From IMG/VR virus record IMGVR_UViG_3300031965_000083, positions 1 through 39,011 of that record: a DNA stretch of 39,011 nucleotides. One strand, 5' to 3'. Of this stretch, positions 7,361 to 16,483 are shown piece by piece. How positions within the stretch are numbered: position 1 is the stretch's first letter; each line of letters begins with the position of its first letter. The notes beneath the pieces are model-generated. The model made no database searches. It worked only from the letters and a program-made list of their open reading frames with translations, and had not been told where the DNA came from. Source of the stretch: a virus. Lineage: Duplodnaviria; Caudoviricetes. The translations under genes and the position numbers were made by a program.

Positions 7361-9401
7361 CGAAGACGCGACCCATGACGCCGATGCGGAGAATGCCGAT
7401 TCTGGCTCCTCATACGATACCCGCCTGTCCATGGAGGAAATCCTGTCTGGCCGGAATCTGGCCGATCTTCTGGCCGATACCGAGCTGGCCCGGATCGGCC
7501 ACGACGTAATCCGGCATATCGAGATCGACGAGCAGTCCCGCGCCGACTGGATAGCGCTTCTGGACGACGGTCTCGACCTCGCCATGCAGGTGGCGGAGGT
7601 CAAGTCGTACCCGTTCGACCGGGCGTCCAACGTCATCTATCCCCTGATCACCACGGCGGCCTTGCAGTTCGCTCAGCGGGCCTATCCGGCCGTGGTGCCC
7701 GGAAATCGCATCGTTCAGTGCGCCGTGATCGGCAAGGACGATGGGCTCTACGAGGTCCAGCAAGACCCGCAAACCGGCGGGCCGGTCATGGACGAGTCCG
7801 GCAAGCCGGCGTCGCGCATGGTCACGCCGCCCGGCGTCAAGGCGGATCGGGCAGAGCGCGTATCCCGTCATATGTCGTGGCAGGTCCTGTTCAACGTCCC
7901 GGAATGGGAGACCGGCCTCGACCAGCTTCTGCACTACCTTCCTATCGCCGGATGCGCATTCCGGAAGGTGTTCTACAGACCCGACAAGCGCCGCCCCGCC
8001 GTGATCTGGATTCCCGCGGATCGGTTCATCATCAATAATGCGGCGAAATCCATCGAATCGGCTCCGCGGTTCGCCGAAAAGTACACGATCTATCCCTTTG
8101 AGATACGCCGGAAGGTGTCCTCCGGGGAGTTTCTGGACGTTCCTGTCAGCGATGTCCTTCCGGAAGCCGGAACGGAATACGGGGATGACGAGGCTCCGAG
8201 GATTTTCTTCGAAGCCTATGTGCGGCTCGATCTCGACGGGGATGAGAATCCCGAGCCCTATATCGTCACCCTCCACGAAAGCGGGAAGATTTTCCGAATC
8301 GACCCGAATTTCGCGGAGGCCAACGCCGACGGGACATTCGACCCGCTCGTTTCGTATGTGAAATATTCTTTCCTGCCCAATCCGAGGGGGGATTTCTACG
8401 ACATGGGGTTCGGGTGGCTTCTCGCCCCGATCAACAAGGCGGTCAACACCGCGATTAACCAGCTTTTCGACGCCGGACACTGGCAGAACGCCCCGGCGGG
8501 CTTCATCGGACGGGGAATCCGCCTCGGGCGGGCCGGACGAATCGAGCTGACGCCTAATTCCCTGAAGCCTGTAGACTCTACAGGGGAGGAGCTGTCCAAA
8601 AATATCTGGATTTACGAACACCAGGGACCAAGCCAGACTCTTTTCCAGCTTCTCGGCATGATGATCCGGGCCGGGCAGGACATTTCCTCGGTTCAGGACA
8701 TCTTGCAGGGGCGAACCGATTTCAACCTCGCCCCGACCACGGCGAGCGCCCTCGTCGAGCAGGGATTGCAGACTTTCACGTCGATTTTCAAGCGGATTCA
8801 CCGCTCCCTCAAGGAGGAATTCGGCCTTATTTACGCCCTGAATGCCCGCACCCTCCCTCAGCATATGTATGCCTATTCCGACGTTCTCGACGATCCGCAG
8901 GCGATCTCGGGACAGGATTATCAGGAAAAGGACATGGACGTGCGCCCCGTGACCGATCCCAAGATGGTTTCCGATCAGGTCCGTCAGCTCAAGGCGCAAT
9001 TCCTGAATCAGTTGGCGGACGCCGGCCTGATAAACAGGCGTGAGGCGGTCAAGAGAATGCTCGACGCCTTTCATATCGACGACATCGAGTCCCTGTTGCC
9101 AGATGAGGGGGCCGATCAGGCCGCCCAGAAGGAAGCCATGGAGGTCGCACAGCTCCAGAAAACCAAGCTCGGCCTTGAAATTCAGGAACTGCAAGCCACT
9201 ATTGCAAGCATGGCGACCAGGGATCGGAACTCCGGCATCGAGCTGGCCGCCAAGGTGGACAAGACGCGGAACGAGATTCTTGGGATTCGCGCCGGCGCCA
9301 TTGTCGATCTTGCCGAAGCCGAGGCCAAGGAGGCCGGTAGTCAGCTCGACGCCTATATAGCCACGGCCGATCGACTGGCAGAGGAGAGCAGCGCCACATG
9401 A
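7353..9401 (+). CDS. Portal protein (podovirus type)
   Basis: 682 aa after TerL; DEQSRADW, YPFDRASNVIYPLITTAALQF, GCAFRKV, INQLFDAG and a coiled-coil C-terminus. Confidence 0.9.
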   Translation: MADEDATHDADAENADSGSSYDTRLSMEEILSGRNLADLLADTELARIGHDVIRHIEIDEQSRADWIALLDDGLDLAMQVAEVKSYPFDRASNVIYPLITTAALQFAQRAYPAVVPGNRIVQCAVIGKDDGLYEVQQDPQTGGPVMDESGKPASRMVTPPGVKADRAERVSRHMSWQVLFNVPEWETGLDQLLHYLPIAGCAFRKVFYRPDKRRPAVIWIPADRFIINNAAKSIESAPRFAEKYTIYPFEIRRKVSSGEFLDVPVSDVLPEAGTEYGDDEAPRIFFEAYVRLDLDGDENPEPYIVTLHESGKIFRIDPNFAEANADGTFDPLVSYVKYSFLPNPRGDFYDMGFGWLLAPINKAVNTAINQLFDAGHWQNAPAGFIGRGIRLGRAGRIELTPNSLKPVDSTGEELSKNIWIYEHQGPSQTLFQLLGMMIRAGQDISSVQDILQGRTDFNLAPTTASALVEQGLQTFTSIFKRIHRSLKEEFGLIYALNARTLPQHMYAYSDVLDDPQAISGQDYQEKDMDVRPVTDPKMVSDQVRQLKAQFLNQLADAGLINRREAVKRMLDAFHIDDIESLLPDEGADQAAQKEAMEVAQLQKTKLGLEIQELQATIASMATRDRNSGIELAAKVDKTRNEILGIRAGAIVDLAEAEAKEAGSQLDAYIATADRLAEESSAT

Positions 9402-9667
9402 GCCCCGAGGAGTGGAATACATGGAGATTTTCCAACGCGACACAGGAAGCGCGTAAACTCTTAGCCGGCCTGATCGAGCCGTGGGAAGAGAGATCGCACT
9501 TCACATCGGACACGGCCTATAAGGCCCTGTTGACACGGCCAGAGGAACAAATAGAGTACGCAAGGTTAAGGGGAGCGATCGAGGGCGCGAAGGAGCTTCT
9601 TTCGTGCCTTGACAGACCGCTTGCAGACCTGATTGACGCCGAAGAGGAACCGAATGAGAAAGATTGA
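9398..9667 (+). CDS. Hypothetical head-module protein
   Basis: ATGA coupling with the portal; YARLRGAIEG helix. Confidence 0.7.
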   Translation: MSPEEWNTWRFSNATQEARKLLAGLIEPWEERSHFTSDTAYKALLTRPEEQIEYARLRGAIEGAKELLSCLDRPLADLIDAEEEPNEKD

Positions 9668-10073
9668 TTCGCAGACTTACCAGCCGCTCGGATGGCGGGT
9701 TCTGGTGAGGGACGAGAAGGTCGAGGACAAGACGAGGGGCGGGATTTATATCCCCGATTCGGCCAAAACCGCGGACGAGCACGCCCAGCAGTTCGGCGTA
9801 GTCGTCCGCTGTGGGTATTCCGCCTTCCGTGACAAGGATGGACGGCGAGACCCCTTTGGGCCTGAAATCGGAGACGTGGTGAACTACTGGAAATATTCCG
9901 GCGGCTGCTACTATGAGGATGAGGAGGGCCACAAATACCGCATCCTTAATGACGACGAGATTCTTGGCGTCGTCGAGCGCCGGACGGGCGATACGGTCGA
10001 GCGCCAGTCTATTCTCGGGCGCCCTGTTCTTTCGGCCTTTGACGTTGTTGGTACCAGGGAGTATGCCGCATGA
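9654..10073 (+). CDS. groES: GroES-like co-chaperonin
   Basis: QPLGWRVLV, KTRGGIYIPD, GDVV...KYSG and YRILNDDEILGVV. Confidence 0.9.
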   Translation: MRKIDSQTYQPLGWRVLVRDEKVEDKTRGGIYIPDSAKTADEHAQQFGVVVRCGYSAFRDKDGRRDPFGPEIGDVVNYWKYSGGCYYEDEEGHKYRILNDDEILGVVERRTGDTVERQSILGRPVLSAFDVVGTREYAA

Positions 10074-10930
10074 CCGAATCTGAGCTTGAGGTCGAGGAAA
10101 ACCCGCCCGAGGCTGAACAGGGAGCCGCCGAATCGGCGGTATCCCAGGACGAATCCCTTGCCCGCGAGCGGGGATGGAAGCCCCGCTCGGAATGGGTGGG
10201 GGATATTCCCCCGAGCTTCCTTGACGATCCGGCTGAATACAATCGACAGCACGAAAACGTCAACGCCCGCCTGAAGCACGAGATTCTCCAGCTTCGGGAG
10301 GATCAGGGCCGGTTCGAGGAGCGTTTTCAGCAAGCGTTCAAGACTGTTGAGAACCGCCACAAACAGGAGCTTGACCGCGAGCGGTCTCGCCTCTTCGATG
10401 AAATGCGGTCCTCCGCCGAGGCCGCCGACACCGATCGATTCGACAGGGCCAAGAAGGATTTCGAGGTTCTCGATCAGGCACGGGCCGCGACTCCCGCCCA
10501 GACCGAGGCCGCCACGACTTATCACCCGGATAGAGACCCCTCTTTCCGGTCGTGGCATTCCGACAATCCGTGGTATGGGAAGGATATTCGAAAATCGCAC
10601 TTTGCCGAGCGGGTGGCGGCTCAGGAAGCCCTTGATCGGGGCCTGACTCCCCAGCGCGACGGGCGGGCGTATTACGACGCTATTTCCAGGATCGTCGAGG
10701 AAACATTCGGAGAAATGAAAATGGCGGCTCCAAGGGTGACCGAGGGAGCCAGCAGCGGCTCTCAGCAAAGATCGAGGCAGTCGAAATTCCATCTCCTGCC
10801 GGCGGAGTTCAAGAAGGATTTCGGCTGGCTGTCCAAGAAGGGCCTCTACAAAGACGACGCGAAGGGCCGTGAGGAATACGCGGAATCTGTCTATGAGGAG
10901 AATCCTGAACTTTTCAAGAAGGCGTCCTGA
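10070..10930 (+). CDS. Probable capsid scaffolding protein
   Basis: Acidic coiled-coil protein (ARERGWKPRSEW, W..DNPWYG) between portal and capsid. Confidence 0.7.
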   Translation: MTESELEVEENPPEAEQGAAESAVSQDESLARERGWKPRSEWVGDIPPSFLDDPAEYNRQHENVNARLKHEILQLREDQGRFEERFQQAFKTVENRHKQELDRERSRLFDEMRSSAEAADTDRFDRAKKDFEVLDQARAATPAQTEAATTYHPDRDPSFRSWHSDNPWYGKDIRKSHFAERVAAQEALDRGLTPQRDGRAYYDAISRIVEETFGEMKMAAPRVTEGASSGSQQRSRQSKFHLLPAEFKKDFGWLSKKGLYKDDAKGREEYAESVYEENPELFKKAS

Positions 10931-10931
10931 C

Positions 10932-11369
10932 ATGACTGTCGAAGCCAGAAAAACCCGCAAGCAGATCATCGAGGAAAAGCTCGCCAAACGAACCCCGGTG
11001 AGCGGATTCAGGCTCGCCCTTGCCTTCGATCTTCCCAAGGGCTATGTTGGGCGCTGGGTTAACGATGTCGGATCAGGCATCGAAGACATGCTCGCCGCCG
11101 AGTGGGAATTCGTCCAGAACGACGGCCAGTCGGTAAGCAAGACCAGAGACAACTCTTCCGTCGTTAGGAAGAGGGTTGACAAGAGCCGATCCAATGCTCC
11201 AGTATACGCTTACCTGATGGCGATTGAGAAAGAAATCTACGAGCTGGACCAGAAGAAGAAGGCCAGCGACATCGCCGAGACGGTCGAAGGAATCAAGGAA
11301 GGACGGGCGTCCGGCTTCGAGGGACGCATTGACGGCAGAACGACATACGTCAAGCACGCCGTCTTGTGA
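10932..11369 (+). CDS. Head-module hypothetical protein
   Basis: PKGYVGRWVND...AEWEFV...AYLMAI pattern, which I recall from podophage head modules. Confidence 0.7.
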   Translation: MTVEARKTRKQIIEEKLAKRTPVSGFRLALAFDLPKGYVGRWVNDVGSGIEDMLAAEWEFVQNDGQSVSKTRDNSSVVRKRVDKSRSNAPVYAYLMAIEKEIYELDQKKKASDIAETVEGIKEGRASGFEGRIDGRTTYVKHAVL

Positions 11370-11503
11370 CCGATCGGGATAAAATACCCCATTTGTTCGT
11401 TCTTAACGAATAAAAGATACCGAGCGGTATCGAAACAGACAGACATAGAGACGGAAACCCATAAACCCTGTGCGGGCGTTTCGCCCCCGGAATGGAGTTC
11501 TCT

Positions 11504-12115
11504 ATGGCTAATCCGAGTGTGTTCGGGGGCCTTCGGCCGGTAAGGTTTCTGTCCGGCGCTCCCTATAACGCCGCCGGCGGTCTTCGCGGTCGGGCTTTCG
11601 ACGCGACCTTCGCCCTCGCGGTAGGAGACCCGGTTGAAGCGGCCGGCGATTCCGATGCGGACGGCACCCCCCATTTCAAGCGCGCCGTTGCGGCTGGCCC
11701 GATTGACGGCGTGATCGCCGGATTTCTGGCGACCCCCGGCCAGAAGCTAAATGTCCATCTCCGCGACGGTCCCCGCACCATCGCGGCGACCGCGACGGCT
11801 TCCGAGGGCGGCCTCGTCCTCGTCGCCACGGACCCTGACCTCGTTTTTGAGATTATGGAAGATGCAGTCGGCGGCGCTCTTACGTCCACCGCATCGTTCC
11901 TTCATGCCGACCTCGCTCTCGCCGCCCCCGATTCGGTGAACGGCATCTCCAAGGTTCAGCTCGATTCGTCCACCGCTGGCGCGGACACGACCGGCACGAA
12001 AGCGGTCAAAATCCTCGCCCTCGTAACCGCTCCCGACAACGCTTTTGGCGCCAACGCCAAATGGGAAGTCACGATCAACAAGACCGCATACCGCAGCTTC
12101 GGTTCGAGTCGGTAA
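11504..12115 (+). CDS. Probable head decoration/cement protein
   Basis: MANPSVFGGLRPV...GDPV...DPDLVFEI; directly upstream of the capsid gene; GGAG RBS. Confidence 0.65.
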   Translation: MANPSVFGGLRPVRFLSGAPYNAAGGLRGRAFDATFALAVGDPVEAAGDSDADGTPHFKRAVAAGPIDGVIAGFLATPGQKLNVHLRDGPRTIAATATASEGGLVLVATDPDLVFEIMEDAVGGALTSTASFLHADLALAAPDSVNGISKVQLDSSTAGADTTGTKAVKILALVTAPDNAFGANAKWEVTINKTAYRSFGSSR

Positions 12116-12131
12116 CAGAAAGGATTAGCCA

Positions 12132-13043
12132 ATGGCCGTCATTGCTGGCAATCATCCGGCTCAATACTGGCCCGGCGTGAAAAAATGGTTCGGCGTCTCG
12201 TACAACGAGCGTCCGGAACAGTGGAAGGACCTGCTCGACGTAACGGATAGCGACAAAGCCTATGAAGAGCGCATCCTGTCGAACAGCTTCAACCTCCTGA
12301 AGGTCAAGGACCCCGGCCGCGCCGTCACCTACGAGGCGGATAGCCAAGGCTACACGTCCAGGATCGAAAACATCGCCTACGCTCTCGGGTTCATCATCAC
12401 CCGCGAGGAACTGGACTTCAACCAGTATCGCGACAAAGCGTTCGACCGGGCGGCCAAGCTCGCCTTCTCGGCCCGGATCACGAAGGAAATCGTCGGCGCC
12501 AACATCTACAACAACGCCTTCAATGCGGCGTTCGCCGGCGGCGATGGCGTCAACCTTCTGGATACCGCCCACCCGACTGTGGCCGGCGACCAGTCCAACG
12601 TCCTGTCTCCGGCGGCCGACTTGTCCGAGCTGGCCCTCGAAGACCTCGCCATTCAGATCATGGGCGCGACGGATTTCAACGGGAAGAAGATCGCCCTTCG
12701 TCCCTACTGCCTGTCGGTTCCGACCGCCCTCTGCTTCGATGCGGAACGAATCCTCATGTCGGATTACCAGTCCGGCACCGGCAACAACGACCTCAACGCG
12801 CTCCGCGCCAAGGGCGTTTTCCCGGACGGGATCAAGGTCAACCAGTTCCTGACCGACCCGAAGGCGTACTTTATCCGCACCGAGGTTCCCAAAGGGACCG
12901 GCATGATCTATCAGGAATCGGCGGCCCTTGAATTGCAGAAGGACAACGATTTCGATACGATGAACGCCAAGGCTCTTGCCTACATGCGGTTCGGCGTCGG
13001 CTGGGCCGACTGGCATGGCCTGTACGGTTCCCCGGGCGTATAG
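12132..13043 (+). CDS. Major capsid protein
   Basis: 303 aa; WPGVKKWFG, YALGFIITREE, GGDGVNL...HP, C-terminal WHGLYGSPG; strong codon bias; followed by a terminator. Confidence 0.9.
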   Translation: MAVIAGNHPAQYWPGVKKWFGVSYNERPEQWKDLLDVTDSDKAYEERILSNSFNLLKVKDPGRAVTYEADSQGYTSRIENIAYALGFIITREELDFNQYRDKAFDRAAKLAFSARITKEIVGANIYNNAFNAAFAGGDGVNLLDTAHPTVAGDQSNVLSPAADLSELALEDLAIQIMGATDFNGKKIALRPYCLSVPTALCFDAERILMSDYQSGTGNNDLNALRAKGVFPDGIKVNQFLTDPKAYFIRTEVPKGTGMIYQESAALELQKDNDFDTMNAKALAYMRFGVGWADWHGLYGSPGV

Positions 13044-13101
13044 TCCGGGACGGTAGCGGAGCGGCCATCCCGCTGCTTGCGGCGATGAGCGTCCTGCTCC
13101 C

Positions 13102-13145
13102 GGGGCGGTCAGGGCAGCTCCTCCCCAGACCGCCCCATTTCTTTT
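13102..13145 (+). terminator. Rho-independent terminator after the capsid gene
   Basis: GGGGCGGTC...GACCGCCCC stem followed by ATTTCTTTT. Confidence 0.7.
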
Positions 13146-13168
13146 CCCGACGACAGTCGTCGGGTCTT

Positions 13169-13237
13169 GCGGGGATCGTCTAAACAAGACGGCCCGACAT
13201 AAAGGGAAGAATGCGGGTTGAAGTCCCGCTCCCCGCG
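13169..13237 (+). ncRNA. Degenerate tRNA-like cloverleaf (possible pseudo-tRNA, CAT in the loop)
   Basis: Acceptor GCGGGGA/TCCCCGC (7 bp), D arm GTCT/AGAC, weak anticodon arm CCC-GACATAAA-GGG, T arm GCGGG-TTGAAGT-CCCGC; no CCA. Confidence 0.6.
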
Positions 13238-13331
13238 CTTCTTGACGGCGAGCCCCTCGCCGAGTAGTCTGGGGGTTCCATGGTGCGGTCAGGTGACCGC
13301 GTTGCAAGCCTACAACGCCACGGAGGCAAAA

Positions 13332-14264
13332 ATGGCGACCACGAATTTCCCCAACGGTCTCAGCTCGTTCGGCATCCCCCTGACCGGGGATATGCCAAAC
13401 AAGGCATATGGCAAGCGATTTTTCGTTGACGCCAAGGTCGGAGTCGATGGCCGCAACGGCCGGTCTCCGGACAAAGCCTTCAAGACCATGGCGGAAGCAT
13501 TCCAGCATGTCTCCTCGGGCGATGTAATTCTTGTCAGGGGCAAGGTCAGAGAGCAGATTTCCACCCCGGCCGGCGTGTTCGATGTCACCGTGATCGGGGC
13601 CTCTAATAATCCCCGCCATGCCGACGATCATACCGAATCGGATGGCGCGCGCGGATCGTCCGGCGCGACGTGGACGACCCCCGCCGCACCGACAGCGGCC
13701 ACTCCGCTCCTCATCGTGCGGCAACAGGGCTGGACGTTCGAAAACATCCTCTTCGATGGTCCCGCGGATGCGTCCTGTGTCCAGCTTCTCCGCGATGCGG
13801 GGGCGGGCGATCTTGAGCGAGACGCCTCCCACGCCGAGTTCTCCGGCTGCCGGTTCGACGGCAGTCTCATCGGCATCGAGAATAACGGCGGCGCGGGCTT
13901 CGTCCGCGTCGAGCGCTGCCGGTTCTATCGTCAAACCGGCGCCGGGGCTGCTGGGATCAAGACGACCTCCACGTCCGTCGCGGTTCCGCTCAATTGGAAT
14001 ATCCTCGACTCTCATTTCGCGGATAACGCCTCGCACATTCTTTCGTCCCTATCGCTCTCCCTCATCAAGGGCAACACGTTCGGGAAATTCACCGGGACTC
14101 TCTCGGTTGACGTGCAAAACAACGCCGGCCAAGGCGGGGATAACGTCATCACCGAGAACTACCTGAGTGGAACGTATGGAGTCACGGCTTATCCCGCCGG
14201 GACCGCTAACGAATGGGCCGGCAACAAGAACGTGGCCGGCGAGACGACTGCGGACCCGATCTAG
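13332..14264 (+). CDS. Virion protein with a pectin-lyase-like beta-helix
   Basis: GGAGG RBS; FFVDAKVGVDGRNGRSPDKAFKTMAEA cap, then repeated beta-coil motifs (FENILF, FSGCRF, VERCRF, IKGNTF). Confidence 0.75.
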   Translation: MATTNFPNGLSSFGIPLTGDMPNKAYGKRFFVDAKVGVDGRNGRSPDKAFKTMAEAFQHVSSGDVILVRGKVREQISTPAGVFDVTVIGASNNPRHADDHTESDGARGSSGATWTTPAAPTAATPLLIVRQQGWTFENILFDGPADASCVQLLRDAGAGDLERDASHAEFSGCRFDGSLIGIENNGGAGFVRVERCRFYRQTGAGAAGIKTTSTSVAVPLNWNILDSHFADNASHILSSLSLSLIKGNTFGKFTGTLSVDVQNNAGQGGDNVITENYLSGTYGVTAYPAGTANEWAGNKNVAGETTADPI

Positions 14265-14281
14265 GATAGGGAAGAAAGACC

Positions 14282-14398
14282 ATGACCGTCCTTCAGAAGA
14301 TTCAAGAGGTCTTGTCGGCGCTTCAGGCTATTCCGGCGGCGGTGACGGCGGCGCAGGCGGCGCTGACCTCCTTTTCCCTCTTCCTCGATACTGTTTGA
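14282..14398 (+). CDS. Short Ala-rich ORF (38 aa), possibly frameshifted into the next gene
   Basis: MTVLQKIQEVLSALQAIPAAVTAAQAALTSF...; purine-rich leader. Confidence 0.4.
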   Translation: MTVLQKIQEVLSALQAIPAAVTAAQAALTSFSLFLDTV

Positions 14399-14489
14399 TG
14401 AGGGGATTCTGATATGGTCCACGCGCTCGATCACCGTCTCCGGAACGCTGGCCGCACTGAACGCTATCGCAGCACTGGGAGTCTCTGAA

Positions 14490-14870
14490 ATGGCCGTGAC
14501 CGTTGACAAGATACTCGATGGCGAACGGAACGCCGTTTTCCGCCTCACCGGCGACGGGGATGCGGAAGCGGCGGTCATCAAGGTCGATTTCTCGACCCTC
14601 TTCTCCTCGAAGGTCTTCCCTCTGCGCGATCTTCGAATCATGAAGATTCAGGGCGGCGTCAGCGGCGTGGTGATTAACCTTCTGTGGGACGCCACCACCG
14701 ACGTTCTGGCAGAAACGATCGGTCCCGATCAGGACGTGGACCGGGACTATTACAACATCGGCGGCATCCCCAATAATGCCGGGGCCGGCAAGACCGGGGA
14801 TATTCTCCTCACCACGGCGGGCGGGGTTGGCAGCGCCTACTCCCTTCTGCTAACACTCAAGAAAGTCTAG
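14490..14870 (+). CDS. Virion structural hypothetical protein
   Basis: GGGAG RBS; LLWDATTD...GGIPNNAGAGKTGDILLTT. Confidence 0.75.
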   Translation: MAVTVDKILDGERNAVFRLTGDGDAEAAVIKVDFSTLFSSKVFPLRDLRIMKIQGGVSGVVINLLWDATTDVLAETIGPDQDVDRDYYNIGGIPNNAGAGKTGDILLTTAGGVGSAYSLLLTLKKV

Positions 14871-14884
14871 GAAAGGAAAATCCC

Positions 14885-15079
14885 ATGGAACACGGGATGT
14901 ACGGCCGTCAGGACAAACGCTCCATGAAGGGCGGCATGAAGGGCTACGGCAGCTCTAATGTCTACGGCGGCAATGGCAAGATGAAGGACTACTACAAGAC
15001 AGTCGAGCACATGCCCGGCGGCACAGACCTTCGCCCGGAAGATGCTCCGGGCAACAAAGCCGCGAAGCGCGCGAGCTAG
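14885..15079 (+). CDS. Small Gly/Lys/Met-rich hypothetical protein
   Basis: AAAGGA RBS. Confidence 0.6.
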   Translation: MEHGMYGRQDKRSMKGGMKGYGSSNVYGGNGKMKDYYKTVEHMPGGTDLRPEDAPGNKAAKRAS

Positions 15080-15083
15080 GCAT

Positions 15084-15761
15084 GTGTCCCGGAACGCCGA
15101 TTACTATCTGAGGCATCTGAAACCGGCCGGCCCCCATTCAAATAGGCGGGGCGGGTATCGGATAAATTCGTTCCTCAGAAGCAGCGATCGATCCGGGAAA
15201 ATCTACGACGCCGAAGACACCCGCAGGGAGTGGAATGGCCTCATCGTCGGGCGTGACGAATGGGAAATCCGCCACCCTCAGCAATTCGTGCGTGGCATCC
15301 GCCACAAGATCGCGTCCCCCAATCCACGCCCCGTCGGTCCAGACGGAAAGGACCTGGCCCTCGGAATCGCCAATCTGGTTCCGGTCAACGGGTCCGTCGT
15401 GGGGGGGTCATTCGTTTCTTCCGCCATTACGCCAGCCCGGCCGTTCGTGTTCTGGACTCTCCCCATAGTCCCGGCCGACCGGGTGGAGTACATTACCCTG
15501 ATCGGCCTTCAATTCTCTCCGGCGGCTCCTCCCGAGGTTGCCAGGGGGGTGTTTCTGGGATTCTCGACGGACGGAGTCAATTTCACCAACGAGGATTTCG
15601 CCGTCGGAGAGTTCGGCGGGGGAATCACATCTCCGCGAGACTACGGCGAACGAATCGGAGAAACGGCCGCCTTCGTCCGGCTGGCCATGATCGAGGGCGG
15701 CGGAAGCTCGTATAGCGGCGTTTTGTCGCACACTGGAATAACGGTCGAGGTAGAGCGGTAA
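15084..15761 (+). CDS. Virion hypothetical protein (start uncertain, GTG 15084)
   Basis: SDRSG...RREWNGLIVG..EWEIRHPQ motif; stop overlaps the next start (TAATG). Confidence 0.65.
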   Translation: MSRNADYYLRHLKPAGPHSNRRGGYRINSFLRSSDRSGKIYDAEDTRREWNGLIVGRDEWEIRHPQQFVRGIRHKIASPNPRPVGPDGKDLALGIANLVPVNGSVVGGSFVSSAITPARPFVFWTLPIVPADRVEYITLIGLQFSPAAPPEVARGVFLGFSTDGVNFTNEDFAVGEFGGGITSPRDYGERIGETAAFVRLAMIEGGGSSYSGVLSHTGITVEVER

Positions 15762-16483
15762 TGGCGACCAGCGGCAGCACGAACTACGCCGAGACGACGC
15801 GCACCATAATCAAGGACGCGCTCGTTTCCATCGGCGCCAACGTGCCGGGGGAAGACCCGGAGCACGAGGTGTTTCAGTACGCCCAACGCCAGCTCAACCG
15901 CCTCATCAAGTCGTGGGAGGCCAAGGGCTACCACCTGTTCCGGGCGACCGAGGGCGAAATCACCATCATCGGAGCAAAGCGGTCCTACACGATGGGCGGG
16001 GTCGGGGCTGACTTTGCGTTCCGGCCGCTGCGGATCGAGCATATGCGATGGGTGCAGATCGGCGGGATCGAGAATGAAACCCCGGAAATGTCCTCCATGT
16101 CCCGTCAGGACTACCTGACCCTGCCCCAGAAGGACGCTCCCGGCACATCCACGGAGTACTATTATGACCCCCAGATCGGAACCGGAGTCCTGTTCATCTG
16201 GCCCGTCCTCCAAAGCGCCAATGGAGAGAAAATCCGATTCACCTACCAGCGAGATTTCCAGGATTTCGACAACGGAGAAGACAACCCCGACCTGCCCCAG
16301 GAATGGTTCGACGCCATCGTCAAAAGCCTGGCGTCGAATCTGGCGTATGCTCTGTATCCCGGCAATGTACAAATACAGGGGACCGCCAAAGCGCTGGCGG
16401 ATGAGGCCCTAGCCCTCGCCGAGAGCTTTGACATTGAATATACCGAGGTGATCTTCACGCTCGGAGACAGGAATTACAAGTGA
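15761..16483 (+). CDS. Head-tail adaptor (P22 gp4 / tubular protein A-like)
   Basis: MATSGS start, LNRLIKSW, YYYDPQ...IWP and DLPQEWFDAIV...LA. Confidence 0.7.
   Translation: MATSGSTNYAETTRTIIKDALVSIGANVPGEDPEHEVFQYAQRQLNRLIKSWEAKGYHLFRATEGEITIIGAKRSYTMGGVGADFAFRPLRIEHMRWVQIGGIENETPEMSSMSRQDYLTLPQKDAPGTSTEYYYDPQIGTGVLFIWPVLQSANGEKIRFTYQRDFQDFDNGEDNPDLPQEWFDAIVKSLASNLAYALYPGNVQIQGTAKALADEALALAESFDIEYTEVIFTLGDRNYK

Noticed and set aside
13169-13237. Functional tRNA-Met/Ile(CAT)
   Set aside because: It lacks the D-loop GG, canonical TTC, U33 and a 5-bp anticodon stem, so it is kept only as a tRNA-like element.
7410-14036. Long minus-strand ORFs (7410-9443, 9911-11038, 12075-14036)
   Set aside because: They are antisense shadows of GC3-biased portal, scaffold and capsid genes and show no recognisable motifs.
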